Shown: one piece after another, positions 1 through 13,470 of the stretch | Layout of the letters: every line of letters starts with the position of its first letter | How positions within the stretch are numbered: the stretch's first letter is position 1 | Program-made: the position numbers and the translations under genes | The notes under the pieces: model-generated | What the model was told of the DNA's origin: nothing | Databases searched by the model: none | The model's input: only the letters and a program-made list of their open reading frames with translations | Assembly: GCA_020137815.1 (NCBI GenBank) | Contig: CM035353.1 | Coordinates: 3,162,001 to 3,226,000, forward strand | Origin: Hormiphora californensis | Taxonomy: Eukaryota > Animalia > Ctenophora | Direction of reading: 5' to 3' | Length of the DNA stretch: 64,000 nucleotides

Positions 1-363
1 TTCCAAATGTATTAGAGGTGAATTCATTCATAACTAAGCTATAGTCTAGTCAGAATAAATTCCACAAGATTGGAATTTCATGACCATATATGGAAGTATG
101 TGATACACCTTTGTTGTTAAACATGTGGTGGAATCGCTACCGGTCGCTACTTCCTGTAGAATGCAGGTCCTGGTTACTATACAAACTAGTACCATACGTT
201 TTAGATAGGTTTTAGACAAGTTTTCGATAACTTTTCATGAGAAGGTCCTGTAAATTTTCATTTTTAGGTAGGCGGTATTGTAACCCCTATATGCAATAAT
301 AGGGGTGACTTCGTAACCAATAATGCCGTATTATATGAATGGCTTATCCTGTCCCATTTTCAG

Positions 364-1021
364 GTACAAGCAGCCCATTCACCGACGAGTCCTCATTCTC
401 CTAATCCTCCTACCGTGGGTGCTATCCCTCCTCTCCTTCTTCTTTCTCTGCTCCTCCTCTACCACTCTCTACGGGAATGTGTGCCGGGAACATTTCCGAG
501 AGGAAAGCAAGCTCAAGATTCTATTTTATTGTATCTTCTTTGGTGCCCCCTTGGCCATCAACGTCTTTGCGTACACGGCCATTGTCCGCCGTTTGTTCGC
601 CAAATCCCGGAGAACGAGTAAGATCAGCATTGTGCGACGTACCTCTTTGGATCCTGGAATGATAATGATCCGAGCGCTCATTATAAACATAACATTTACT
701 CTCCCCTGGATACCGTATTTTGTTGTCACTGAAGGTACCAGCGCTGGTGGATATTACAGCACGAAACACGATGTTGTCCAAGCTCTTCTCTATCTCAACT
801 GTCTTACTGATCCCCTTCTTTATGCCTTCTCTAGCTGCTTCGTAAAATGGTTTTCCCTCTGGTTCCGAAAGCGACAACATAAATCACAGAAACCAAAGAT
901 CAGCACCAGCCCCCCACCCTCCCTGCCGAAGGATCCTGCACCGTACGATGGGGCGATTTTGGAGACCACCAAACCGCCAGTGGACAGTCGACAAACTGTT
1001 CATAATGTGACGTTGGTTTAA
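364..1021 (+). CDS. Rhodopsin-class (class A) orphan GPCR 1, terminal exon (TM4-TM7 and C-tail); upstream exons lie outside the window
   Basis: Acceptor ttttcag|G at 363/364 has the same phase-2 'PIR|Y' intron position as the two paralogs. Hydrophobic TMs, TM5 'PLAINVFAY', TM6 'FTLPWIP', TM7 'YLNCLTDPLLY'; stop at 1019-1021. Confidence 0.88.
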
Positions 1022-1025
1022 GGGA

Positions 1026-1219
1026 CCAGTTACAAAATTGAAACCTGATATCAGTTGGTGTCAGGTTCTCTTTGGAGTGCTGACACGCTACTTTCAATGC
1101 AATTCACATCGATCACGCGATCGAAAATGTCGGATCGAAAATGTCGCACGTGGCATGGTTCACCAGGAGTGTCCCAGCTGTCCAGAGAAACTGATATCAG
1201 GTTTCAATTTTGTAACTGG
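1026..1219. mobile_element. MITE with ~30-bp terminal inverted repeats
   Basis: ccagttacaaaattgaaacctgatatcagtt ... aactgatatcaggtttcaattttgtaactgg. Confidence 0.75.
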
Positions 1220-1233
1220 AGCGTAATGGTCCT

Positions 1234-1440
1234 TTCTCGGAACATGCTCCTCTAACAATCTGCGCGTCTTTCACGTTTAGGTCGACCCAAACCCGGGTGT
1301 GAATGCTTACAACAGTGAAATTACATGCGATATACTACATCACGCGCATGTAATTTCACTGTTGTTAGCATTCACACCCGGGTTTGGGTCGACCTAAACG
1401 TGAAAGACGTGCAGATTGTTAGAGGAGCATGTTCCGAGAA
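1234..1440. repeat. Near-perfect ~95-bp-arm palindrome (foldback MITE) just downstream of GPCR1
   Basis: ttctcggaacatgctcctctaacaatc...attacatgcg / cgcatgtaat...gattgttagaggagcatgttccgagaa with a ~15-nt loop. Confidence 0.9.
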
Positions 1441-1678
1441 TGCAGCATAATGTTACTAGAAACTGCATGAGGCGAAATCTAGAGAAAATTTCATTATCTG
1501 TCCACGTATTTGCCAGTATTTTTATCATTAACATAATATAATATTATATGCTAGCTGTATATATGTATATATTGTGTGTAATATTGCTTTGTTTTTGTTC
1601 CAATTGATGATCAATGTAAATACATGTAATATCACTTGTTCACTCCGTTCAAACATCAAAAATCTAAAGGGCCTAAAT

Positions 1679-2457
1679 ACCCAAATTTTATTTATTTATT
1701 TTGAACACTACATCGTAACAAAAATGCTATTGGAGTCCCAAAAAACATAGGTACACGCCCCACGGGCCCAATGTTACCCCAGGGGAGCCCCTCATATTGG
1801 GGCCGGCCCAGTTGGGGTCCCCTTGTAAACACGCTTGATCCTCTCTGACACGCTTGATCCTCTGTGAAATTTGAAGTTTTGGGTAAAATTTAGCCTTGTG
1901 TTTCAGGTGAGTACATAATCTTTCTTGGCTCTGTATTCTGGTAATTTTTCTCCTAGTTTTGATAGGCTTAAATAATAATTGATGAGAAAGATTATGAAAT
2001 CTATTAAAACACAAGGATAGTTTCTATCCTAAATTTTATATTTGAGAGAGGATCATATTGTTAGCATTTCAAGGAGTACAAGCGTGTTTACAAGGGGACC
2101 CCAAATGGGCCCGAATTTGAGGGGCTCCCCCTGGGCTCACCTGGGGCCGGTGTGGCATGTACCTATGTTTTTTGGAATAGCATGCTTGTTACAGAGCAAC
2201 TTACAAAAAAGTTCGGGTATTTATGTGTTTGGGGTCCCCCCCCCCTTTGGGGTATACTAACCCACGCGCCACCGCCACACGTATTTTGATTGGGTTGTTT
2301 GCACTCATGCCGCACGAGTAAGTTAACCCTTGCGCAGCTCTCACACGTATTTTGATACAAACATACCCGAGTACTTATGGTTAACTAACCCGGGTACTTT
2401 TTTGTAAGTTGGTCCCTTACGATGGAGTGTTCAAAATAAATAAATAGAATTTGGGTT
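1679..2457. mobile_element. Non-autonomous DNA element with TIRs and internal inverted blocks
   Basis: acccaaattttatttatttattttgaacact ... agtgttcaaaataaataaatagaatttgggt; internal inverted segments at ~1725-1815 and ~2078-2185. Confidence 0.7.
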
Positions 2458-3563
2458 TGAAAAAACTATTTTGGTTAGATTGAATCTTCATTCTGAGCTC
2501 TCCACGTTCTGTCAGGAGGAATGGTCTGAGGCCCGGAAAGCCCAGTGTCAAAAAACCACGAATATGCGAATCTAATTTCCAATGCTTTTAGAAAAAATAA
2601 TGCCAAAATAATGCCAAAATAATGCCAAGCCTAGTTCCCCAATCACACACATTAATTGTCAGTGTAATGTGAACCCAAAACAAGAAATTATACAGCTGTT
2701 TCTCCCCTCACTCTCTCCCTCTCTCCTCTATTCTTCTCTCTCTTTCTCTCTGTCTATCTCTGTCTCTCTCTCCCTCTCTCTCTCTGTCTTTCTCTCTGTC
2801 CCTCTCTCTCTCTCTCACTCTCTCTCTCACCCACTCTCACTTTCTCTCTCTCTCACTTCCTCTCTCTCTCTCCCTCTAATTAGCTCGTGCTAATAAGGTA
2901 GTGTGCTAGGTATCAGATTTCATGGGATTCTGAGATTCTAGGGCATTATTTTTGCGCGTTTTTGGGACTCTGAGGGACTCTGGGGCATTATTGGGACTCT
3001 GGGGGCATTATTGGGACTCCAGAATCCAAATAATGCCCTCCTTAGTTTATCACTCAAAACTGTTTTTTAGCTTCAAAAACGATTCAATGAGATAGGCAAT
3101 CATTATAAGGGTCACATAAAACAAAATAGGGAGAGTTGATGTGCCACAAATTAGAACAATTAACCTATTTTATAATTAACTTAATTAAAAAAATTAAATT
3201 ATTAAAAATTTTTTCTTCAAAATTCGCCAGATTTTGATTCAAAATGACTTATTATGATAGGGAATGGTTCCCTGGGGCTCTATAAAGTCATTCCAAGCAC
3301 TAAATTCATGCAAATTTGACAAATTTCAACAGAGTCTCAAGATGGCATTATCGGGCATTATTTAAAAAGATGCCTGGATAAACGAATAAACTGTTAACTA
3401 ATGTCTTCTATGTACTATCTAGTATGATTGCCAACACTTTTTAGTTAGAAAATAATGCCTTTTTTTAAGAAATTTTCGGAGTCTAATGCCTTTCGAAATA
3501 AGTTGACACTGGGCCGGAAAGTTAATCATGAATTTAGATACAATGAATACTGAATGGTAGGAA

Positions 3564-3770
<207 letters not shown>

Positions 3771-4084
3771 CAAATTAGAAGATGGAGAGAACTTGTTGCA
3801 TAATGTAGGGTAAATACATTTTTTTGAACAGGTGCAGAAGTCATAAGAAAGTGATTGATAGACAGAAACGAGTTTTTGCATCCCAAAAGGACAATGACAT
3901 ACGCTAAACAAAACGCTGGGTTGTTTTGTCCCGCCCGGCGAAAGACATTTTTGTACGTTGTTAATTAAGAGGTGCATAAGTGCTGAGGTAAGAGAGAGAA
4001 AGTGATCGGCAAGTTTTCACAGTGTGTGTACTAGGAGAGATAAGAGTACAAAGAGGAATCAATGTGGAGAACAGGGAGTGAGAT

Positions 4085-4123
<39 letters not shown>

Positions 4124-4614
4124 CAGGAACAGTTGAAATGCAGAGTAGAAAAGAGATTTGTGTATCTTCCCTCTCCTCAGATAGTTCCATGTGTGCGCGC
4201 CACATCTTACGCGCATCCCAACTGCTGACGGTAGCATAACACCATACAAATTACCAATTAGACCCACCAATTATAACTTTGCGGTCCAACATGACGACAT
4301 AACCCCTTAACAACGATGACGTCACATACACATGTGCCCAGTTTATCGTTGTTTTGTCCAACATGTTCAGTGTAGTCAACACCCTATATTTGCCTTATTC
4401 ACCCCTTATTTCACACTCTTGGCTGGAACACCTAGTAAATTCACGTCATCCAAGTAACTAAGGAACCGAGAAAAAAAGGTCCCCTCTAAAAAAAAGACCC
4501 ACTTAAAGGCCAATCGAAATAGATATATCTAATAGAACAAATCCTTGTGTTTCAATAACATCATACCTCATTAAGCAAACCGAAGCCTTTTAAAACATCC
4601 CATAACTTACTATA

Positions 4615-5071
4615 TTAAAGGTTGACAAGATGCCTAGGACTTTTCGTGTGTCGTCTTGTTTTGATTTATCATTAGTTTTCAGCGTTTTTTCGGAGTTTTT
4701 TGTCGGCTAGAAAAAAATTCGAAATAGGGGGTCTACCGATATTGTCAGCACTGGTTTTACTGGGCACACTCACTGCGTCTCGCAAATTGAAATTCACGTT
4801 TCCGGTTCCTCAAAAGATAGCTACTTGATCTTGGTTGCGTTGGATTGGCCTTAATAAGACCTTTCCAGCGCTACCAGGACGGTTTCTGTATCTCATCAGG
4901 AACCGGAGATATTCCAGTGTCAATTTTAAAAAGGCACACTCATTTGTCAGTAGACCCCCTATTTTGCACATATTTCTGGCCGGCGGGAAATTCTGAGGGA
5001 ATGCTGGGAGTTGGTGGTGGGTCGGAATAGGACGGTGTGCGGGGGGTTTTGGGTATCTTGTCAACCTTTAA
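4615..5071. mobile_element. TTAA-flanked MITE (Kolobok-like termini)
   Basis: TTAAaggttgacaagatgcc ... ggtatcttgtcaacctTTAA. Confidence 0.7.
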
Positions 5072-5636
5072 CAAATTAGAACCGCCGCATTTATTGTAAC
5101 TCGGATTCACTCTTTTAGTATTAACTACCACTCCTCCTTGCTAAACTATCTATAAAAATAATTGTAACTTCGATATCACGGCGTTTCTTGCAGTTGTGAT
5201 TCACTCTTTTAGTATTAAGTACCACCTCCTATCTATAAAATAATTGTAATTTTGATATCACTTTCACAACATTATCACTACACTTTGCCATAATTATAGA
5301 CACCCTTTACCATACACGGTAGAGACAATAATTGCTACCTCGTCTCACAACCAACCAACATTGATAGAGCAAATTGAGGATGAGAGATGGGCGATAGTGA
5401 GCGAAAGAGGGTGGGAAGATCGGGATAGGGAGAGAGAGAGAGAGATATAGATAGTCAGAGTAAACTAGAGATAACGCATACCTAACGTCAATTGTTATAG
5501 AGAATGTAAAATACATCACGAGCACTTCAACCATCATCAACATCACCTACACCTCAACATACTCATCCAACAACACATCAGCCCAAGGATAAAGCCTGTC
5601 ACCAGCAAGGCCTACTAGGCAGTGTGATAGATACAG

Positions 5637-8600
5637 ATGAGAGTTCTTCAATGGAACCTAAGGAAGATGGACGCCCCCGCGGTCGAAGTTAATAACCTGC
5701 TAAACAGAGTACCGGAAAGCGTTGCATTAATAACTGAACCAGTATACAGGAGGACTGGGTTTGGTAACCTGATGGTATTCCCAAGTTATGAACCTGGTTC
5801 AGGACAGAGGGCGTGCGTGGTGTGTAACAATGCACTAAGGAATGAAGTAAGGGAGTTACAAAAGTTTTCCAGCAAAGATGTATCTACAGTGATCATAGGA
5901 GACATAGTCTTCTGTTCGATTTATTGGGGGCAGGATGTACCAAACTTTCCGGAATTAGCAGAGGATGTGATACAATGGTGCAACTCCAACGGTAAGCAGC
6001 TTATTTTAGCGGGCGACCTGAATGCGAAACACGATACGTGGGATAAGGTTTCCAATAGACGAGGAGAGGCACTAAAAGACTTCATAGACACATACAGTTT
6101 GGTACTGTTGAACGAGGTGGGGGTTCCGACCCGTGAAGAAAACGGTTCTTCATCTACTATCGACTTGACATTGTCTACCGGCTCTCTAGTCAACAAAGTA
6201 TCCAGTTGGACACGGAAAGACCTAAGATTTGGATCGGATCATTACCCTATAGTTTTTCAAGTAACCACTTCAGGACACAAAGGTAAAACAAAGGCCAGCA
6301 AGCAAGTGTCCAACTTGAACTCGGAGAAGCTAAATTCTACGTTGCGGGAAGAGCTCCCAAAATTCCATTGGGGGCCTTCCCCAACAACCAACAGACTTGA
6401 ACAGAAGAACCGGAACTTTACAGCAACTTTACAGATCTCCACAAGACTTTCAACAACTATCTCCTACATCAAAGAGAAGGTCAGCCAACCATGGTTCGAC
6501 GAGGAAATTCAGAAACTGTGGGAGAGAAGTAAGGAGCTGGAAAGCAAGGACAACATCGACAGCGATGAAGAAAAAGAACTGACAACATTTAGGAAAACTT
6601 TTGGAAAGCTGTCTAAGATCAAAAAGAGAAATTCTTTTCGCCAGTCCTGTACCACCGCTGGAATATCCAAAGCATCCAGACTAATGCAGCAAATGTCACG
6701 AGGGAAGCGACTCCAAGGACTGCCGCCTATTACCAAAGGAGGGGAGCCTGTACAGGACACTTTAGAAGCACTGAACTTTATTGCAGATTCGCTCATAGGA
6801 GGAGATGACCAAAGTACAAGGGTTGCGGTAGAGAAAAGACTGACAGCGGAAGAGATCATAAGAAACACTCGGTTAGCGGAAACAGTATTCACGGAGAAGC
6901 GCTTGGCAGATGCTATCAGGACAGTAACGAATATCGACAGTGCTCCAGGAAAGGATGGCATCAAGTGGAGGATACTGAAGGAGGCACTACCATCAATCTC
7001 AAGCGAACTTCTCAGTATATACAAAGACTGCATATGTCTAGAGTACATCCCTGAAGCGTGGTGTAAAACAAAAGGGGTCATGATTCAGAAACCAAACAGG
7101 GATTGGACAGACCCCACAGGATACCGTACGATTACCCTAGCCTCAGTACTATATAAGTTGATGGAGAAAATACTGCTCGACTATTTAAAGACCGAGCAGC
7201 AGATTTACCAGAAACTACATCCGCTCCAGTTTGGCTCCGTACCGGGGAAAGGATGTACTAAGGCACTCTCTGCACTGGTAGACCAGATAGAACAAGCACT
7301 CCACAAAAGAGAGTACGCCTTAGTAATATTTATGGATATCCGCGGCGCTTTTGATAATGTTTCCAAAGGGAAATTGATCGAATACCTGAAAGGGCACGGA
7401 TGCCCACAGCCAATTGCGTCAATATTTGAACACTTCCTAGACAATAGAAGTATCTCCATAGAAATGGGCGAGTGTGAGACAACCAGACATAACCTACCCG
7501 GAGGGGCACAAGGCACTTCGGCAATGCCTTTAAAGTGGAATGTAGGAACCACTTCGCTCCTCGAAACTGTTAATTCGAGAGAGTACCTACAAGGGGTTGT
7601 TGACGACCTGGCAAGCGTGATTACGGGCCCGAACTTAGAAGTCTTACTACAGAGAGGCCAGTGGGTAATGGACCAGGTCACTAACTGGTGCAACGAGATG
7701 GGGTTAGAACTTTCAATAGACAAAACAAAGTATATGGTGTGTACTCATAAGATCAAGTACGCTACTCCTACCTCTAACTTACTGTATAAAGGCACTCCCA
7801 TAGGAAGGACATACCTATACAGGTACCTGGGCATTGATTTCGACCCTAAGCTAACATTCGCGGCACACTACAAGCGAACATGTTCAGAAGCGGTCAGACT
7901 CGATTCCATGGTAAATCGAACAATTGGGACTACTTGGGGACTGAATCCAGCCGTGCAAAGATGGATATGGTCAGCCATCTTCTGCTCGAAATTCTTGTAT
8001 GGGTGTCACGTTACACTCAGGGGACTAGAGTCAACTCAGGTAAAAGAAAAGATGCGGTCCTTACACTACAAGGCATCGAAAAGAATTCTGGGATGCTCCA
8101 CCACAACTCCAAAGTTGGTGGCGTGTTCTATGGCCGCGATAGAACCCCTGGAGGTGGCAGCAAGAAGGAGGGCAATAACAAACCAGATAAAAGACTCCTG
8201 CAACGATATGTGTCCCCCCCAACCTCACTAAAGGGTCGAAATGGATGAGCCATCGAGCAATCGTCTCCGATGATGCGCGGAGATTGACCAAAGAAAATCC
8301 GATAGACGAATGCCAACCGGACTTCAAAGTTATTCTCTTCAAAGTCCAGACTGAACAGACATCCATACCAACACCTCAACCAGACAACATCCAAGTGTAC
8401 TCGGACGGTTCGGTAAAAGGGGAATATGTAGGCGGGGGGTGGTGCCTGTTGAGAGATGGAAAGACGGTGTATGAGGGACAATGCAAACTCCATTCTTCTG
8501 AGACGATCACATCCGCTGAAACCAAGGCACTCCAACTAGCCGCAGAGGATGCGCTTAGGACCATTCTTACAGACCTTACCATAAAGAGTGTTAGCCTTTT

Positions 8601-9228
8601 CACGGACAGTATGGTTGTGCTAATGAGATTGGTGGACACCTTGAACAACCTGGCATCAAGAGTAGAGACTACGGTGAATTGGTGTCCTGGGCACACGGGC
8701 ATCGCGGGTAATGAAAGAGCCGATACCCTTGCCAAAGAGGCAGCGACAATAGAATTTCCCGATCCTGAAAGCTACCTAATTCCCCAAACGGAGATAAAAA
8801 ACAACCTGAAGAAAGAGTGGAGGAAATCGCAGGTGGACAACTACAGGGACACGTTAAGGAAACAGCTCACAACAACTAATAGCTTAATTCCCCACCTGGA
8901 ACCACTGTTGTCCAACCCACAGGAGAGCCCACATAGGAATGTTATTAACTTCCTTTCGAATAGAGGCTCGCTAGGACAATTTCTGCACAAGAGGAAACTA
9001 ATTTCTTCCCCAGACTGCAGATTTTGCGGACTAGGTGAGCCAGAAGACAGCAAACATATACTATGTGTATGTCCGGGGCTTTTCAAAATTAGGGCCAAAG
9101 TTTTCCACTCGTACACACTCCCTCCAACGGCGATAGGCCATATGGATCTCAATACACTATTAAACTTTCTGAATCTTTGTGGTGTGATGGATGGACACCC
9201 CGAGCTCAACCCAGATAGGGAGGAATAA
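5637..9228 (+). CDS. Non-LTR polyprotein: AP endonuclease + reverse transcriptase + RNase H + CCHC finger; split by a 1-nt frameshift in a C7 run near 8214-8220
   Basis: EN motifs LQWN, TEP, GDLNAKH, TIDLT, SDHYPI. RT motifs SAPGKDGI, YRTITL, FMDIRGAFDNV, VVDD, YRYLGI. RNase H motifs YSDGS, AETKA, FTDS, WCPGH, GNERAD. Zinc finger CRFC...H....C. Removing one C joins the two ORFs (CPPNLTKGSKWMSHRA), giving ~1196 aa. Confidence 0.93.
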
Positions 9229-9805
9229 TCCCTAGTTACGATACCGATTATTTAATTATGTGAGTTAGAAATTCGTTCAATTTGTTTTTTGTTGTTTGGT
9301 TTTGTAAAGTTTTAATTTATAAGTTAAGGTTAGTTTTGTAAAGTAATTGGTTTAGACATTACCATGATTTTCTATCAACAATGGTTTCCTTTATGTGCCC
9401 GTAGAACCCCGTTGCAATAATATAACCTCCTCATAACCATAACTATCCCTCCTTCCACCTAGGAAATGTCCTGATACTCAGCACTCACCAGGGTACCTAT
9501 TACAACAATTGACCGTGGAGATCGTACGGTCAACAGTCCACAATGTATGTCCATCATATGTATTTTGAAACACAGGAACAAAGCAACAAAGTGGATCGAC
9601 CTTTCAAATCCTGGTACACTGAAAGGGGAAAGAGATCTAACCAAACACGATGCCCTCAAAAAAAAACGTTTCCGAGTCCAAGACACTACAAAACAACTGC
9701 AACCGGGGCAGTGCGCGGCTTATAACCGCGCTTGAGCTCTTGCGGAAGAAGATCATTTAATCCGCGCGCTACGTCTGGATTGTAGATACAGTGCAGACTA
9801 CAGGA

Positions 9806-9954
9806 CCAGACCAAACCAACCACATTTCACTCTCAAAGGCAAAACGATACCTTGTTCCAGACCAAACCAACCACATTTCACTCTCAAAGGCAAAACGATA
9901 CCTTGTTCCAGACCAACTAAACTCAAGAAACTCTCAAAGGCAAAACGATACCTT
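9806..9954 (+). repeat. 51-bp tandem repeat (~3 copies) in the retroelement 3' UTR
   Basis: ccagaccaaaccaaccacatttcactctcaaaggcaaaacgataccttgtt starting at 9806, 9857 and (diverged) 9908. Confidence 0.9.
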
Positions 9955-12900
9955 CACCCACTCATCTATGATGTTGTTTATACCTTCAATTCTACTCTTT
10001 GGTTAGCCACCTAATACCTAGTACCAACGAGCAGAGTGAGTTGTGCCGGTAACGCAAAGAGTGCGGCCGTCTGCCAACACTGCAATTATCGTAGGGAAAA
10101 GTAGGCAGTGTTCTAACCCTACAAAGACAGACCAAGACAGACACAATGACAAGCGTAGGGCCCTCCAATGTGCACTGCTCTCCCTTGAATTTTCAAGGGA
10201 GTTCGTACGGAGGGTTCCAGGCTATGCCGTCTATACCCGGGTGGTATGAGACTTGGTACGCCTTAGCTTAATGCCCCAAAAAAAAAAAGAAAAAAAGTGC
10301 TGAGGTACCCACGTACTACGATAGATTGCCTTTCGAAGATGGGATTGGGAAAGAGAGACGGTGCTTGCAAAATATACGTGGGAACTGGGCAGGAGGTGAC
10401 ATTTATATACCGTGAGAGGAAAGAATGAGAGAGGGGGGTAGTATACGGAAGCGTGCGAAGAAGATCTAGTGCTGTTGGGACATGGAAGGCCATTAGTAGT
10501 AGATCTGGCACCATTAGCAAGATGTGCCTGTCACATTGTGTTGTGGGAACATGGTCATTGTATAATAAAACAGAGAGAAGGAGATATATAGAGAGGGAGA
10601 GAATGAGATATATAGAGAGAGGGAGAGAAGACAGCTAATGACACTTTTTGTTAGCAGGAGCTGCTGGGGGTACTTTACAATGTTCAGTATATCTATAGCT
10701 ATAGAACACCTGTCCTGGATCCGTTATACGGGTGATCATTGTCTGTTTGTTTATTGGTGCACACTGTGTAAGTGTGGCCTTTCTGAGAAGGGCCTTGTCT
10801 AGTCTCTATATCTCTGTTTCTCCCTCTCCCCTTTAGCTTTTCTCTGTTTCTCTTTGTCTTTCTGTCCCACTTTACTTTTGTTAAGCAGTTTAGACGGATA
10901 TGATAACAACGTAGCTTGGAACGCTTAAAGTGAGAGTGGACCGAAACATAATTGTACAAGCTTGGTCTAGGTAGTATATAGAGCATAACTCTAATATCAA
11001 CATCAAGCATGTACAATTCTGTTTCGGTCCACTTTCACTTTAAACGCTTTTTTTATTTATTCTTTTGTGGGAGGAAAAAAATATTAAAAAAGGATAACAA
11101 TCAAATTTGTGTCTTCTTCCTTTACTTGAGATAAAGCAGGTTGTAGTCCACACTGTCATCCACTCGACATGGACGCCTCCCTCGGTATCCTCTAAGAATG
11201 ATGACGGTCGTCTTTTTTATTTTAGGTTGATACGAGTGCTTCTTCATAAACTCTTTGGATGCGATTTGTTAAATGCAATGTACATTGTTGAATTAACCCT
11301 TATTTGGATATAATCCAGTAGTCATATTTTCGATTTCTTGATTTCATTTCACATTACCCCACTCACGTTTAACTATCCCACTATAACATAGTACATTCTT
11401 AGTTTAGCCTTTGCATTGGTAATAATATGAGTATGAATGAGAGAATCTTTGAAGGTTCGGGGTGAATCTATGCACCGACCAATATAATGTCATTAATGAA
11501 AGAAAGGTCCATATATAAGCACGTGTATCAGTTCGCCGTGTGGTAGTATATAGCTGCTCTGGTGAGTGCACACTGCACAGGTAATCGAAGAATATCGTTT
11601 CTATTCAGATCAATGAGATACATGATATGTGTAGTATCAGCTGTCTCATAGTACTCATAGCACTATCTACTATAACACACCACATACCATATATAGTGTA
11701 TGGACAAGGGTGTGACAAACGCCCCTACTCATGTGAAATTTTAAAGTTTATCCGATTTTCTCCAGACTTTGTTGTAAGATCATCATATATTCAGCCAATA
11801 ATCTGATGCCTTTCCCATCCGACTGGATTCTCGTTACACTTGCACAGCTTATAATATGCAGTCTGACTTACACTCTCTCGCTGCATCACTGCATATATTT
11901 AGCAGTAGTAAAGGGGTCTAGGAACACCATATACATCCATATTCAGGAGCACAAGTTTCTTTCTCGCGACCTCTCCGCGTCCTTGGTGTCACTTAGGAGC
12001 ACAAGTTATATATTTAGATCATGAGCATTGGATATAGGAGTTCATTTAAATGCAAACTAGCGGAATCTAATTGGTGATTCGTACGATTTTAAGAGGCCGC
12101 GGATCGCCTGGGTGGATACAGGATAATTCAAATTTCGTAAGGTGCCATGCGTTACACAAGGTCAGTAAATTCACTTAGCCTGACTCAGGGGGATTACTGC
12201 AGCCACACACATATACAGCGATCCGTTATTTCAGATGAAAGTGGGTATATCTTACTCGATTATAATATAGATCGAAAAACCGCATCTCGATTTGAACGAA
12301 ACCGTTTGAAAATTGTCTAGCTCTTGCCATATGTTTAAATGATACCATTCAATGTATATTAGAGTGGTATTATTCCCCCGCATGCTACTCGCCATGTATT
12401 ATAATACCTGCACATATTAGATCTCGCATATTATTGTCTTTCATACAACAACAGCTGTGCAACTATTTAGATGACAATTTTGAAATCGATTTCTGTAAGA
12501 GCTGAGTTGCTGTTGTGACGCGTCTGTTTTGATACAAGAATAGCTCTTTGTTTAGAGGAAGCTTCACCCATTGTCATATAATAATACAACAATGGGGCCT
12601 TATATAATGCTCCTGTAAATACAATAGACTTGCTTTATTACAATATATGCTGGATAATACACGGTGTCCAGCTGCTAGACCAGAGAGATTCACAAATTTA
12701 TATTTTGTATAAATTAGATAACTATTTAAGGGTACATGCATATAATACAGTGCATGGATCCATTTAAATATCTATTGGACACCACACATGATCACCAACA
12801 TACTATATATTTTATTCTACTCATAGTACCTCCAAATAGACTATAATATCGGGGTCCGACTGTATATCTATATATCAAATGGACCACTCTCCTAGCTTAG

Positions 12901-13125
12901 TTCCAACTCAGTGGTGTAATTTCTGCTGTAATCCATCACATTCCACATGTACCAGCTAGAAAGGGAGGTTTGGTTGTTCTGTAGTTGATCGAGCTGCCAT
13001 GATCGCGAATTATTATATTAGTTACAACACGTGGTTTTCTCACCCAAGAAAATATAAAGCTAATGTATGTTTTTGTACTAAGCATTCTTGGTGAGTTCAA
13101 CCTTTATTATCACATACACGTCATA

Positions 13126-13470
13126 TTAGGGCGGAATCACACCAAGATCTTCGAAAGAATTGTTTCGACGCACCAAACCCAATCACACTGAAAAGTTTGG
13201 TTGGTTCTTCACAGCAGGCGTTCAGTTGTTGTGAACGCCTGCTGTGCACGGCGCATTGGCACGTGCATCTTGGGCGCTGGCAGGCTTTCACATGTTGTAA
13301 CATATAGAAACCTGCCAGCGCCCAAAGATGCACGTGCCAATGCGCCGCGCACAGCAGGCGTTCACAACAACTGACCGCCTGCCGTGAAGAACCAACCAAA
13401 ATTTTCAGTGTGATTGGGTTTGGTGCGTCGAAACAATTCTTTCGAAGATCTTGGTGTGATTCCGCCCTAA
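13126..13470. mobile_element. Fully palindromic MITE, PIF/Harbinger (Tourist)-like
   Basis: TTAgggcggaatcacaccaagatc ... gatcttggtgtgattccgcccTAA; ~165-bp arms, near-identical. Confidence 0.85.

Larger units (their letters stand above)
3991..10294 (+). mobile_element. Non-LTR retrotransposon, single-ORF EN-RT-RNase H type (Lian/LOA-like); 5' boundary tentative
   Basis: Coding region 5637-9228, ~1 kb 3' UTR ending in an A-rich tail at 10278-10296. The 13-bp direct repeat aagtgctgaggta at 3978-3990 and 10295-10307 is a candidate TSD. Confidence 0.75.

Noticed and set aside
8200-8250. Programmed frameshift between RT and RNase H
   Set aside because: It falls in a C7 homopolymer; a sequencing indel or mutation is more parsimonious.
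10030-10115. Twister ribozyme
   Set aside because: Superficial AACACUGC similarity only; the conserved pseudoknot core is absent.
12900-12960. Possible downstream SBF exon (LVHVECDG on -)
   Set aside because: An early stop follows and the expected GWD/DPxYRT context is missing.
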